Of a stretch of DNA of 64,000 bases, positions 38,335-48,122 are shown in pieces. Below the pieces are notes generated by a model. That model worked only from the letters and a program-made list of their open reading frames with translations. It was not told the DNA's origin and ran no database searches. The DNA is taken from positions 1,344,001 to 1,408,000 of the forward strand of contig CAVRJM010000001.1 of NCBI GenBank assembly GCA_963722075.1, written 5' to 3'. The translations under genes and the position numbers were made by a program. The DNA is from Candidatus Babeliales bacterium. GTDB taxonomy: Bacteria; Babelota; Babeliae; Babelales; JANWKD01. Position 1 is the stretch's first letter, and every line of letters starts with the position of its first letter.

Positions 38335-39957
38335 CCATTTTTGTAGACACGCCGTATAATGTGCTTTATCACCGATAATCGAGCAAAAATTTATCGCTTG
38401 CCGCAATGAGCTGACTGCACCGTTATTATTACCTACCTTTTTTTGTGTTTTTGCTAAATGATACCATATGGTGGTATCTTTTGGCAGATCCATAACTAAT
38501 TTATTTAAGATATTCAACGCTTCTGGGTATTGCTTTTTTTTATATAAAATTAGTGCATGGGTGTCTAAAAAGTGAGGGTTTTTCTCAATTTGTAAAACGG
38601 TAGTAATTAATTGTTCTGCTTCTTCGAGTTTTTTTCCTTTAGTTGCATAATAATAGGCAAGCAAATTTAATAGTGGCGGAAAATTTTGATGTAGTTTTTG
38701 GGCTTCAAGAAGCACAGATAGCATATCGTCCCATTTTTTGTCATTAAAAAAGAGCAATGCCAATTGATATAAAACGAGCGTTTTTATGCGCGGGTGTGCT
38801 ACTTGCTTGAGTGCTTTATTTAAATATAAAAATGCATTTTTAATATCATCATTTCTTAAGAAAATATCAGCTTTATACAATAACATTAAAGCGTTGTGTT
38901 CATTTTTTTGTTCTATATTTGAAAGAATAGCTATTATTTGATCTTTAGTAATACCAGCCAAATGTAATAAATGGAGCGCGCGATACCATGTTTCATCATG
39001 TTCATTTTCATTAATCCATTGTGTGAGTAAGCTAATAGCCTCATTAACCTTGTTGAGCTTACATAAAACTTCAAGTTTTAATAATCTACTTTGCGTATTT
39101 TTTTGTAAAAGGGGATTAGTATCTATAATTTGTAATGCTTTTTGAAACTGATTTTGTTGGTACGCATTTAATGCTTCATTAAACGGTTTAGTAATATCTG
39201 ATTGATAGGTCATGGTGTTTTGTTTTAATTGTAAATGCATAATTTGCCGTTCAATCAATGGATTATGACCAACAATTTTTAAGCAATGTTGATAATTGGT
39301 TAATGCTTCGTCTAGATTGCCAGCGAGTTCATGAATAAGTCCTAAAAAGAGCCAGCCATTTTCAAATTCCGGATAGAGTTCCAAGCTTTTTTTTACATTT
39401 TCAATGGCGAGAGCTGTGTTGCCCATGCGAGATAAAATTTGCGCTTTAAGAAAGTAAAAAATAAAATTCTTGGTCGCATGCGGTGCATGAGTAAAATAAG
39501 AATCAATTACGGCTAATGCTTCGTTAAAATGATTATTTTGTGCATGGGTTGTAGCGGTATAAAAAATAATTTCAGGATTTTCAGGGTATTGTGTACTTAA
39601 TTTTATTAACCGTTTTGCCCCTTCATCATGGTTACCAACTGCTTCAAATGCTTTGATAAATATAAGTTCTGTTGCAAGATCATTGAGGTTTATTAATTCA
39701 GGTTTGTTGGCTAAACCTACAATAGTATCGAATTGCTCTGTTTGTAATAAATGCGCTAAAAAGCCAGGATAAATATGCGTTGAATTAAAATTGTTAAAAA
39801 GAAATTCATAACAATGTTGTGCAACGGTACTATGCTCTTCCAACTGATTATAATTAGCCCAAAAATAAAAATGATATTTTTCTGATTCATGTGCCTGGAT
39901 CGCCATAAAAAAGATAAAAAAAACTGAGAATCGTACTATATAAAAAATTTGATGCAT
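38323..39957 (-). CDS. Tetratricopeptide-repeat protein
   Basis: Multiple TPR motifs; LNLLAYYYA..LEEAEQLI..FLDT-type C-terminal TPRs. Confidence 0.88.
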   Translation of the reverse strand: MHQIFYIVRFSVFFIFFMAIQAHESEKYHFYFWANYNQLEEHSTVAQHCYEFLFNNFNSTHIYPGFLAHLLQTEQFDTIVGLANKPELINLNDLATELIFIKAFEAVGNHDEGAKRLIKLSTQYPENPEIIFYTATTHAQNNHFNEALAVIDSYFTHAPHATKNFIFYFLKAQILSRMGNTALAIENVKKSLELYPEFENGWLFLGLIHELAGNLDEALTNYQHCLKIVGHNPLIERQIMHLQLKQNTMTYQSDITKPFNEALNAYQQNQFQKALQIIDTNPLLQKNTQSRLLKLEVLCKLNKVNEAISLLTQWINENEHDETWYRALHLLHLAGITKDQIIAILSNIEQKNEHNALMLLYKADIFLRNDDIKNAFLYLNKALKQVAHPRIKTLVLYQLALLFFNDKKWDDMLSVLLEAQKLHQNFPPLLNLLAYYYATKGKKLEEAEQLITTVLQIEKNPHFLDTHALILYKKKQYPEALNILNKLVMDLPKDTTIWYHLAKTQKKVGNNNGAVSSLRQAINFCSIIGDKAHYTACLQKWLRK

Positions 39958-39981
39958 ACAGCCCCCCTGTATAAAAAATTA

Positions 39982-40422
39982 TTAGAGGCTATTTTGGTAA
40001 CAACGAGCAAGGAAGTTTTTTAATGCCGCTTGCAATTCGATATCCACAATTTTTTCAAGAGATTTTTTTTGTGTTGCCGTTAAAATAATCTCAGGTATCG
40101 GTTTTAATTTTTTATAATCCCTCGTGCGTTGCGCTGGCATAGTATTACGAATCGCCCCATATTTAAATCGTATCTTTTTTACATATGGATAATCTAGCTT
40201 TGCATTAATTTTTTTTAATAGCACATCAGAAAGACAATAGAGTTCTTGCATCCAGCCGCTATTTGAAACCGCTAAGATCACGGTGTCATTGTTGATTTTT
40301 TCTAAGCGGACTTGGATTTTAAGATCCCCAACAATGGAATTCCATTCTTGTAATAAGGTAAGTTTCCACTGTTCAGGGCCAATAAATGATGAATTAAGAA
40401 GTTCTTTTACATGTTTTGCCAT
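39982..40422 (-). CDS. DciA/DUF721 family protein
   Basis: WNSIVG, LAVSNSGWMQEL, LLKKIN, VKKIRF. Confidence 0.8.
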   Translation of the reverse strand: MAKHVKELLNSSFIGPEQWKLTLLQEWNSIVGDLKIQVRLEKINNDTVILAVSNSGWMQELYCLSDVLLKKINAKLDYPYVKKIRFKYGAIRNTMPAQRTRDYKKLKPIPEIILTATQKKSLEKIVDIELQAALKNFLARCYQNSL

Positions 40423-40452
40423 GTCATTGCGAGCTCGCGAAGCAATTCATTA
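40423..40452 (+). repeat. Single REP unit
   Basis: gtcattgcgagctcgcgaagcaattcatta. Confidence 0.8.
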
Positions 40453-40519
40453 ATAAATTTTTTATCCTTAATTTATTAATATACTGGTATAGCAATTAAA
40501 TGTAAGAGAATTATGAAAA

Positions 40520-42841
40520 TTAATTAGTAAGATCTTTTTCCAAATCATCAAGTAAGCTCTTGAGAGCTCTTTGGTATTTTGAAACTTTATCTAATGCAAG
40601 GAAATTTTGTACGCATCTCACCAATGGATTACCATTTTCTTCTTTATTATATTGATTGAGGGGGAAAATTTTAATACCACTTTCTGGGTTAAGGCCTCCA
40701 TAGGTATCTGCGGTCATGGGTATGCAAAATTCTAAACGGTCTAAATCTTCATTAGAGTGAGTTGTTGTTGATAAGTTTTCCATTAATGAATCAATATTAT
40801 CTATTTGTGTAATACGTTGATAATAATTCATTTCATCCATTTCAACTATTTTTTCTTCCATTGTTGTTGATAATGAAATTCTTTTTTTATACCCCCCTCC
40901 CGAATGAGCTAAATAAATTTGTTTATGCGCAGTTTTTTTAGGAATAGCAATTAATAAGCACGTACCAAGTGAAGTAATCTCACTTAATTGCTTTTGTAAT
41001 TGTTCAAGCCGTGTTTTATATTTTTCATATAAATGATTATTACCGCTTAACGTAAATAATGATTCCCAATTTAATTCTTGTTGCTTTATGTTTCTATTTT
41101 GCATTAAGTAAAGAGGTGAGCATGATCCAAGATTGGTCGTGTTACCAAAAAAAGCTCTGTTTACAAATAATAGTTTTTGTCTTGTTTCCTCAGAAGTTGG
41201 CCCAAATTTTAATAATAAGTTGCGCTGCCTGGATTCAATTTGAGCATCATTACTAAATTCTTTTACATGCAAATATAAAAAGTCACCAGGTTTTTTATTT
41301 TGTTGTAAGAGTGTATAGACTGTTTCAAATAAAAGATAATGATTATCCTGTCCATGGATAAAGGTGTAATAATCATCTTTTAGCTGCTTTTCAAGTTTTA
41401 AAACTTCACTTGCTATTGATTGAATTAATTCTGGCTTAATGACTTCAAAAGAGAGAATAGTTTGTTCTGTATTGTTGAAAAAAAGTTGTATTAAATGCTG
41501 GATGGTAGGTATTTGAGGTAACTTGCTTAACAATTTATGTTCTTCAGGATAAATTTTACAAAAGCAAATTGTTTTTATAACAGCATCAATATTTAAAAAA
41601 TTTGTTTTTTTATTGTAGCGTTTAAGAACTTTTTTAATTTCTTTTTTATGAGGTATTGTTGAAGTAACAGCCATAAATACTCTCCAATGAACTTTTTCAA
41701 TATTGTTCAGTAGAGAAGGGATAAGTAATAAAGCATGTTGGGAATTTTCTTTTAAATAATTCATCAAGAAGATAATTTTTTTGGCATTAGTTTGTGGCTC
41801 TACTACTACTTGTGAAAAGTTATTATAAGCGAGTTGGTGTGAAGTAAAAGCCATATCCCGATGAAGCTCTTCAAATAATAACTCACCAATAATATTGTTG
41901 TGATCATGAGTTATAAATAATTCAAAAAATTCATCAGTTATATTAAAAAATTGTCTGTTTTTGATTAAAGTTTTAATAACCTTAGAGCAATTATTAGGAT
42001 TAATAGCCATTATTAAGTTTAAAAGAGGCAAAGTATGGGCTCTTAAGAATTCGACACTTAAATTTAAGTCAAGCAATCGTATAGTTAATTGATTAAGGTG
42101 AGGCTCTATAATTTCTTTTTGGAAAAAATGAGCAAGAACATTATTTTGCGTAATAGTTTCTACCGCTAAATCCTTATATCTGAAACAGGTTAAAAATTTA
42201 TTAATAAATGCTTTTTTTATTTCTGGAGAACTATTTACAATATATTTTTTAATAAATAAACAACTTTCTTGATCTGTTAATAATTCGATGGGGAATTGTA
42301 CTATTGCTTGTAAGGTTTCCTGAGGAAACTGCACCATGAGCTTTTTGCAGATTTTAACGGGATGTTCATGCCTAAATATGGTTACTATATTTTTAAGTAC
42401 CAATTGAGCTAGGACTCCTGAATGATCATAATCTAAGAGTTCTAAAAGAAGTTTTCTATTGATTGGATCTAGGTACCATATATCAAATGAAATATCTTGC
42501 TGTAAAATTTTATTAATTTGTTCATGTGGATTTTTATCAAATGAGTGATGATTTTTATGATAATACTTTTTATAAAGGCCATATACCCCCAAACTGGTAG
42601 TCAATCCTCCCCAGAATCCTCTTTGAAGTATCGGTGAAAAAACAATCTTTCTTCTTGTAGTTAAAAAATCCTTATTAGAGGCTTTCTTTTCTTGTGCCCA
42701 AAGAGAAACATTGTTGTTGCGTGAAAATGCTTGTTTAAAGACATTAAACCTGTTACTTATTCTTGATCGTAATGAAAGATTCATCGAAAAACAGGTATAG
42801 GGAATAAATAAAAAAGCCAGTAATAATAAGCTTTTTTTCAT
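40520..42841 (-). CDS. Large hypothetical secreted protein
   Basis: GGAGG RBS before ATG 42841; signal peptide ...CFSMN. Confidence 0.75.
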   Translation of the reverse strand: MKKSLLLLAFLFIPYTCFSMNLSLRSRISNRFNVFKQAFSRNNNVSLWAQEKKASNKDFLTTRRKIVFSPILQRGFWGGLTTSLGVYGLYKKYYHKNHHSFDKNPHEQINKILQQDISFDIWYLDPINRKLLLELLDYDHSGVLAQLVLKNIVTIFRHEHPVKICKKLMVQFPQETLQAIVQFPIELLTDQESCLFIKKYIVNSSPEIKKAFINKFLTCFRYKDLAVETITQNNVLAHFFQKEIIEPHLNQLTIRLLDLNLSVEFLRAHTLPLLNLIMAINPNNCSKVIKTLIKNRQFFNITDEFFELFITHDHNNIIGELLFEELHRDMAFTSHQLAYNNFSQVVVEPQTNAKKIIFLMNYLKENSQHALLLIPSLLNNIEKVHWRVFMAVTSTIPHKKEIKKVLKRYNKKTNFLNIDAVIKTICFCKIYPEEHKLLSKLPQIPTIQHLIQLFFNNTEQTILSFEVIKPELIQSIASEVLKLEKQLKDDYYTFIHGQDNHYLLFETVYTLLQQNKKPGDFLYLHVKEFSNDAQIESRQRNLLLKFGPTSEETRQKLLFVNRAFFGNTTNLGSCSPLYLMQNRNIKQQELNWESLFTLSGNNHLYEKYKTRLEQLQKQLSEITSLGTCLLIAIPKKTAHKQIYLAHSGGGYKKRISLSTTMEEKIVEMDEMNYYQRITQIDNIDSLMENLSTTTHSNEDLDRLEFCIPMTADTYGGLNPESGIKIFPLNQYNKEENGNPLVRCVQNFLALDKVSKYQRALKSLLDDLEKDLTN

Positions 42842-43095
42842 AAAAAAGGCCTCCATATTAAATACAATTATTAATATTACTAGAAAATATATATTTTGTA
42901 AAGTGCAGTTGTAAAGGTTAAATGTATGCTGGAATCTTAAAATTGTGTGAAAATTGGAAGTTGTACTTCCAATTTTCAAGGAAAAAATATGAAAATTCAG
43001 GTATCAATTTATTGGAGCTCAATCATCTCTATATTATTATTCACTCAGATAGTTATGATGGAGTTAACCTGAACATTTCTGGAGTAAGTAAACCC

Positions 43096-45606
43096 ATGGA
43101 TATCAAAAGAATAGCTAGCCAGTCAACGGATGCTTTGTTGCAAGAATTTCAAACATCAACCAGTGGATTGACCCAACAAGAAGCGCAAAAAAGGCAAAAA
43201 GAATATGGTCTCAATCAACTTACTGAGAGCTCTTTTTCATGGTTTTATATTTTATTAGCGCAATTTAAATTACCATTCATTTATTTATTAGCAGTAGCAG
43301 CAGTATTGGCGCTTTCATTAGGTAATTATCAAGAAGCGCTCATGATCATTCTTTTTGTACTCATTAATACTATCGTGGGTTTTTATCAAGAATATAAAGC
43401 AGCTCAAACGGTAGCTCTATTAAAAAAATATCTTACCGCTATGGTTACTGTATACCGTGATAAAAAGTTACAACAAATTGACAGCAAAGAATTGGTGCCA
43501 GGGGATATCATTCAACTGCAAGCGGGTGATATGATTCCCGCTGATGTGCGCTTTATAACAGCTGATAATGTTTTAGTTGACGAATCCATATTGACGGGCG
43601 AATCAATCCCGGTAAAAAAAATAATTGCACCATTACAACAAGCATCCTTTACTATTTTCAATGCTGAAAATATCGGTTTTTCTGGAACAACTATTGTTCA
43701 AGGAAATGCAGAGGCATTAGTATGTGCCATTGGTTCCAAAAGTTATATGGGGTCACTGGCTCATCTTACTGAAGAGGTGATGAAGGAAAGTTTGTTTTTT
43801 CAGGAAATTGTTCGCTTTAGTAAGATGATATTATTGTTGGTTATCAGCACGCTTATTATCATTATACTATTGAACATTATTATAAAAGGAACAGCGGTAT
43901 TTTCTATAGAATTAGTTATATTTGTTATAGCACTTGCAGTAACCATTACTCCCGAAGCATTACCGCTGGTGATTACTTTTAGTTTATCGCGGGGTGCCTT
44001 GCAGCTAGCGCGCAATAAAGTGATTGTAAAAAGACTTTCTGCCATTGAGGATTTGGGTAGTATTGATATTTTATGTTCCGATAAAACCGGTACGCTTACT
44101 GAAAATAAATTAACGGTTTCAGATCTTTCGACTGATGACCAAGAACAACTACTTATTTATGCTAATTTGGCAAATGGGCATAATCATAATCCCTATGTTA
44201 GCACTAATCCCATTGATCAAGCTTTATATCAGCATTTGAATCAAGATCAAAAAACAATGCTTACCACCTATCAAAAAAAACAAGAATATCCTTTTGATCC
44301 GGTTCGATTACGAAATAGTGTTATTGTAGAAAAAAATAATGAATTATTGTTGATTGTTCGGGGAGTGGTGGATACCATCATTGATCGCTGTAGTGCTATC
44401 GATAAGCAAAAAATTCTGCAGTGGACATTAGAAAAAGAACGTGCAGGAAAACGTGTTTTACTGATTGCATATAAAAAATTATCTTCTAGTCATATACTAG
44501 CACAAGAAATAGCTAATGAATCTGCATTAACATATCTAGGGTTGCTGTCGTTAGTTGATCCTATAAAAGAAGACGTTTTGCCTGCGCTTGCCCAAGCGCA
44601 TAAAATGGGCATCACGATAAAAATTTTAACCGGAGATTCTGCCCAAGTTGCTGGTGCTGTTGGGTATGCCATTGGATTGATTGATAATCCTGAAAAAGTA
44701 ATCACCGGGGCTCAGTTTGAAGCCTTAAGCCCAATGCAAAAAGAAAAAGCTGTATATGATTATGCTCTTTTTGCCCGTGTTATTCCCGAGCAGAAACTAA
44801 CTATTATTAAATTATTACAAGTAAAAAATCAGGTAGGGTATTTAGGTGATGGCATTAATGACGGGCCGGCGCTTAAAGCAGCGCATGTTGCTTTAGTGGT
44901 ACAAGGGGCTGCTGATATTGCACGTGCTGCTGCCGATATTATATTGCTTAAAAAAAGTTTGCATATAATTATTAATGGTATTTATGAAGGACGACGCGTT
45001 TACACCAATACCATTAAATATATTAAAATTACCTTGAGTTCGAATGTAGGAAATTTCTATTCAGTTGCTATAGCATCACTATTTATTAATTATTTACCTA
45101 TGTTGCCTATACAGATTTTACTGGTGAATGTATTAACTGATTTACCAATGATTGCTTTATCAACTGATCGGGTAGAATCAAGTGATTTAAAAAAGCCTAA
45201 TAGTTATACTATAAAAAATATTTTTTTCTTTAGTATGATTTTTGGCTTAATAAGTTCTTTATTTGATTTTATTATATTTTTTACGTTTTATCAGAAAGAA
45301 AAAACCTTACAGACTATATGGTTTATTGAAAGTGTTCTTTCTGAATTAGTTATTCTTTTTTCGTTAAGAACGAGAAAATTATTATGGAACGCTAAAATGC
45401 CGTCATTCAGTTTGATTGTATTATCGCTCGCAGCAGCTTTTATAGCGATTCTTATGCCTTTGAGTAGTTTCGGGCAGCATTTTTTTGGTTTTTTTAAGCC
45501 TACAATTGGTGAATTGAGCTTTGTTATAATTCTTATAGTAGGGTATATGATAGCAACTGAGTTGGTAAAAATAATCTACTATCGATTATTCAATAATATA
45601 AAATAG
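43096..45606 (+). CDS. P-type ATPase, probably Mg2+-transporting (MgtA-like)
   Basis: TGES, PEALP, DKTGT, TGD, GDGIND, SSNVGN; likely start ATG 43096. Confidence 0.9.
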   Translation: MDIKRIASQSTDALLQEFQTSTSGLTQQEAQKRQKEYGLNQLTESSFSWFYILLAQFKLPFIYLLAVAAVLALSLGNYQEALMIILFVLINTIVGFYQEYKAAQTVALLKKYLTAMVTVYRDKKLQQIDSKELVPGDIIQLQAGDMIPADVRFITADNVLVDESILTGESIPVKKIIAPLQQASFTIFNAENIGFSGTTIVQGNAEALVCAIGSKSYMGSLAHLTEEVMKESLFFQEIVRFSKMILLLVISTLIIIILLNIIIKGTAVFSIELVIFVIALAVTITPEALPLVITFSLSRGALQLARNKVIVKRLSAIEDLGSIDILCSDKTGTLTENKLTVSDLSTDDQEQLLIYANLANGHNHNPYVSTNPIDQALYQHLNQDQKTMLTTYQKKQEYPFDPVRLRNSVIVEKNNELLLIVRGVVDTIIDRCSAIDKQKILQWTLEKERAGKRVLLIAYKKLSSSHILAQEIANESALTYLGLLSLVDPIKEDVLPALAQAHKMGITIKILTGDSAQVAGAVGYAIGLIDNPEKVITGAQFEALSPMQKEKAVYDYALFARVIPEQKLTIIKLLQVKNQVGYLGDGINDGPALKAAHVALVVQGAADIARAAADIILLKKSLHIIINGIYEGRRVYTNTIKYIKITLSSNVGNFYSVAIASLFINYLPMLPIQILLVNVLTDLPMIALSTDRVESSDLKKPNSYTIKNIFFFSMIFGLISSLFDFIIFFTFYQKEKTLQTIWFIESVLSELVILFSLRTRKLLWNAKMPSFSLIVLSLAAAFIAILMPLSSFGQHFFGFFKPTIGELSFVIILIVGYMIATELVKIIYYRLFNNIK

Positions 45607-45619
45607 AATTTTTATAAAT

Positions 45620-45746
45620 TAATGGATCCAGCCTACGTTAATCCAGCCGTCGTTAAAACTACGGTGGAGTAAGCAACTACGGCGGACACAGTCCCCACAC
45701 CTTGTCCCGGCATAGCCGTGGCGACGCCGGATTCGCGCGGGATGAC
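45620..45746 (-). repeat. Composite REP with doubly nested palindrome
   Basis: Matches 26663-26757, with an extra module at 45641-45674. Confidence 0.85.
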
Positions 45747-45797
45747 AATTGCAGTACCAGTACAATTGTCAGGATTCCTAACTTTATTTAGATTATT

Positions 45798-46241
45798 TTA
45801 TTTTTTGAAAAGTCCTGCTTTTTCTTCGAATTGTTTAAGTTTCGCTGTTTGTTTATTAAATTCTTTTTCGTCTGCATCATTCATAGCTTTACATTTCTTA
45901 AACCACTCTTCTCGCTGACTTCTGTGTAAATTAACTATTCCATCTAATTCAGAAGTTAGTAACCCGTTTAATTCAGCAAATGATTTTACATTTTTAAAGG
46001 CTTTTATTTTATTTACCATAAAATCAACCAAAGCATCATGATGTTCAATCATAAGATTAATTTTTGTGGTAGCACGGTTTAATTCACTATTTAACCAATA
46101 ATCTTTGTGTCCTTTTTCCATTTCTTTGAATTTAATAATGTTATCAATAATTGTTGCATCTATAGAATCGACTGAGGGTTCAGTAGCGGCAAATGATAAT
46201 TGGGTAAATAAGGCAATAGGTACCAATAATAACTTTTTCAT
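45798..46241 (-). CDS. Hypothetical secreted helical protein
   Basis: AGGAGG RBS, signal peptide. Confidence 0.8.
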   Translation of the reverse strand: MKKLLLVPIALFTQLSFAATEPSVDSIDATIIDNIIKFKEMEKGHKDYWLNSELNRATTKINLMIEHHDALVDFMVNKIKAFKNVKSFAELNGLLTSELDGIVNLHRSQREEWFKKCKAMNDADEKEFNKQTAKLKQFEEKAGLFKK

Positions 46242-46372
46242 ATAAACCTCCTTTTTATAAATAAATAGTTAGGAATCCTTACTCAGAAGAATCTGAGTCA
46301 ATTATCAGTATACGCCTTTTGCTTGATAAGTAGCAATAGATGCCATAATTGAACTATTTTCCCCCATTAATC

Positions 46373-46765
46373 TTAAGTTGTATGGTCTTTGCCACAAAGA
46401 ATGCATTCATTATAGTTAACAGTCGCTTTTGCAAGTTGAATGGCTTGTATGTGTTGATTATAATAATTTACCAGTTCTTTTTGGGTATATTCTGTTATTG
46501 TTTTACTCAAATTACTAATAGAGGTTTCAGCATTTTTTATTTTCCATTCGAGTCCTTCCAATCGGATGTCTATTTGTTGGAATTTTTTTGTAATAAAGGT
46601 CTGCATAGAATATAACAATCGAATAGAAATAATAGGTTGGCTTGGTTGAATGTAAGTTGCGGGTTGCTGTGTGGTAAAAACGATAGGATCTTCTTCCTCT
46701 TCTTCCATTGCCTTAAGGGTAATAAATGGAAAAAAAATAAGAATAAATAGGGCGGTTTTCTTCAT
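46373..46765 (-). CDS. Small secreted coiled-coil protein
   Basis: Signal peptide ...KAMEE; heptads; C-terminal CILCGKDH. Confidence 0.7.
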   Translation of the reverse strand: MKKTALFILIFFPFITLKAMEEEEEDPIVFTTQQPATYIQPSQPIISIRLLYSMQTFITKKFQQIDIRLEGLEWKIKNAETSISNLSKTITEYTQKELVNYYNQHIQAIQLAKATVNYNECILCGKDHTT

Positions 46766-46767
46766 AA

Positions 46768-47169
46768 TTATTTATTTCTTAAATATGATAATCTAGTTTC
46801 TATGCCTAATGTTTTTAATTCTAATATTGATAATCTGCTGTTAACAGCTTCGAAATTATCTGTAACTTTTGTATCTAATTTAGTAATATTCACTGAAATT
46901 TCCATAAGTGTTACATTTATATCAGTAAGCGTCATCATCTTCTTTTCTAATGGTGAAGGTTCTCTATATTCTTTTTGAGATAATTTTAAAGCGGCTATTT
47001 CTCTACGTAATTTTTCTATTTCAGATTCAATATGATTTAGAGAACTTGCATCCCAATTAAGTTTATTTTCATGGTGCTCAATTTGTTCTTGTTCTTTTTC
47101 CTTTTGAAAATTCATTCCGTTAAGTGAAAAAATGCACATGCATCCAATAAAATATAGATGAAATTTCAT
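46768..47169 (-). CDS. Small secreted coiled-coil protein
   Basis: Signal peptide ...NGMNF; heptads. Confidence 0.7.
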   Translation of the reverse strand: MKFHLYFIGCMCIFSLNGMNFQKEKEQEQIEHHENKLNWDASSLNHIESEIEKLRREIAALKLSQKEYREPSPLEKKMMTLTDINVTLMEISVNITKLDTKVTDNFEAVNSRLSILELKTLGIETRLSYLRNK

Positions 47170-47179
47170 AAAAATACTC

Positions 47180-47572
47180 CTAATTTGAATTTATTTGGTC
47201 TATTTGTTGTTGGTTATTTATGCATTGCCCAGTGCCAATTAAATAGGTATTTAAGATAGAAATGGAATTTAAAACATTTTTTTGATTGTTCGTGAGTTCA
47301 GATATAGCCTTTTCATTACACTCCAAAACGTTTATTAGAGAAGCCAAAATTGTTTTAAAAGAGTTATTCTCGTTTTCCAGATGTGTTATTCGTTCTTGCA
47401 ATGATTGAAGGGTTTGGAGTTCAATGGGCATAGGGAATTGTTGATTAGATTCTAAAAGATAAACCGTTTCATTATCAGATAGAGAAAAATAATACCTAGT
47501 ATCTTTCGCTTGTTCCATACCATGAAGAGTGATTGAAGAAAAAATAAGGCAAAAAAATAGAACTTTTTTCAT
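47180..47572 (-). CDS. Small secreted coiled-coil protein
   Basis: Signal peptide ...HGMEQ; heptads. Confidence 0.7.
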   Translation of the reverse strand: MKKVLFFCLIFSSITLHGMEQAKDTRYYFSLSDNETVYLLESNQQFPMPIELQTLQSLQERITHLENENNSFKTILASLINVLECNEKAISELTNNQKNVLNSISILNTYLIGTGQCINNQQQIDQINSN

Positions 47573-47688
47573 GTATTATTCCTGTTTTTCTAGAGTATAA
47601 ATACCTTATTAAATAAAGGTTACTATATAAATATTTTAATAAAAAATTACTTTAATTCACACTAAAATCTTTGCATGAATAATGTTTA

Positions 47689-47910
47689 TTAACTATTTTC
47701 TTCACTCGAATGAATTTCCCAGCACATAATGCAGAAATTTTTATCATTTTCTGGTTTAACGGGAATTGGTGGCTGAATATATAATGGATCTTCATTTGAT
47801 AGAAGCTTTGCGATAACTCCTTTTGTCTGATCTTTTTGAGATTGTTCCATGCTTTGTAAAATAGTAGTAACAGAAAATACAAGAATAAATAAGATAGCAA
47901 TTTTACTCAT
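47689..47910 (-). CDS. Small secreted protein
   Basis: GGAG RBS; signal peptide ...QSMEQ; C-terminal CIMCWEIH. Confidence 0.6.
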   Translation of the reverse strand: MSKIAILFILVFSVTTILQSMEQSQKDQTKGVIAKLLSNEDPLYIQPPIPVKPENDKNFCIMCWEIHSSEENS

Positions 47911-48122
47911 TATTACTCCCATAAGGATCTCATTTTGAAACCAAATAATTTTAATTCTATGAAATCTTTCTTAAAAAAAGGTAGCCGCTAATTACAAGTA
48001 ATCTATATTGAGTTTCACTAAATTCTCCTCAAATACAGGCTAATTTTTTTATAGTAACTATAGATATAGCTTAATAATAAGATCTTAAGAATTCTATAAA
48101 TATTAAAAAGGTAAGGCATTAT

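Noticed and set aside
42842..43095. Overlapping divergent N-termini of ORFs 40520-42979 and 42922-45606
   Set aside because: Better starts with RBS-like sequence at 42841 and 43096 leave a normal intergenic gap
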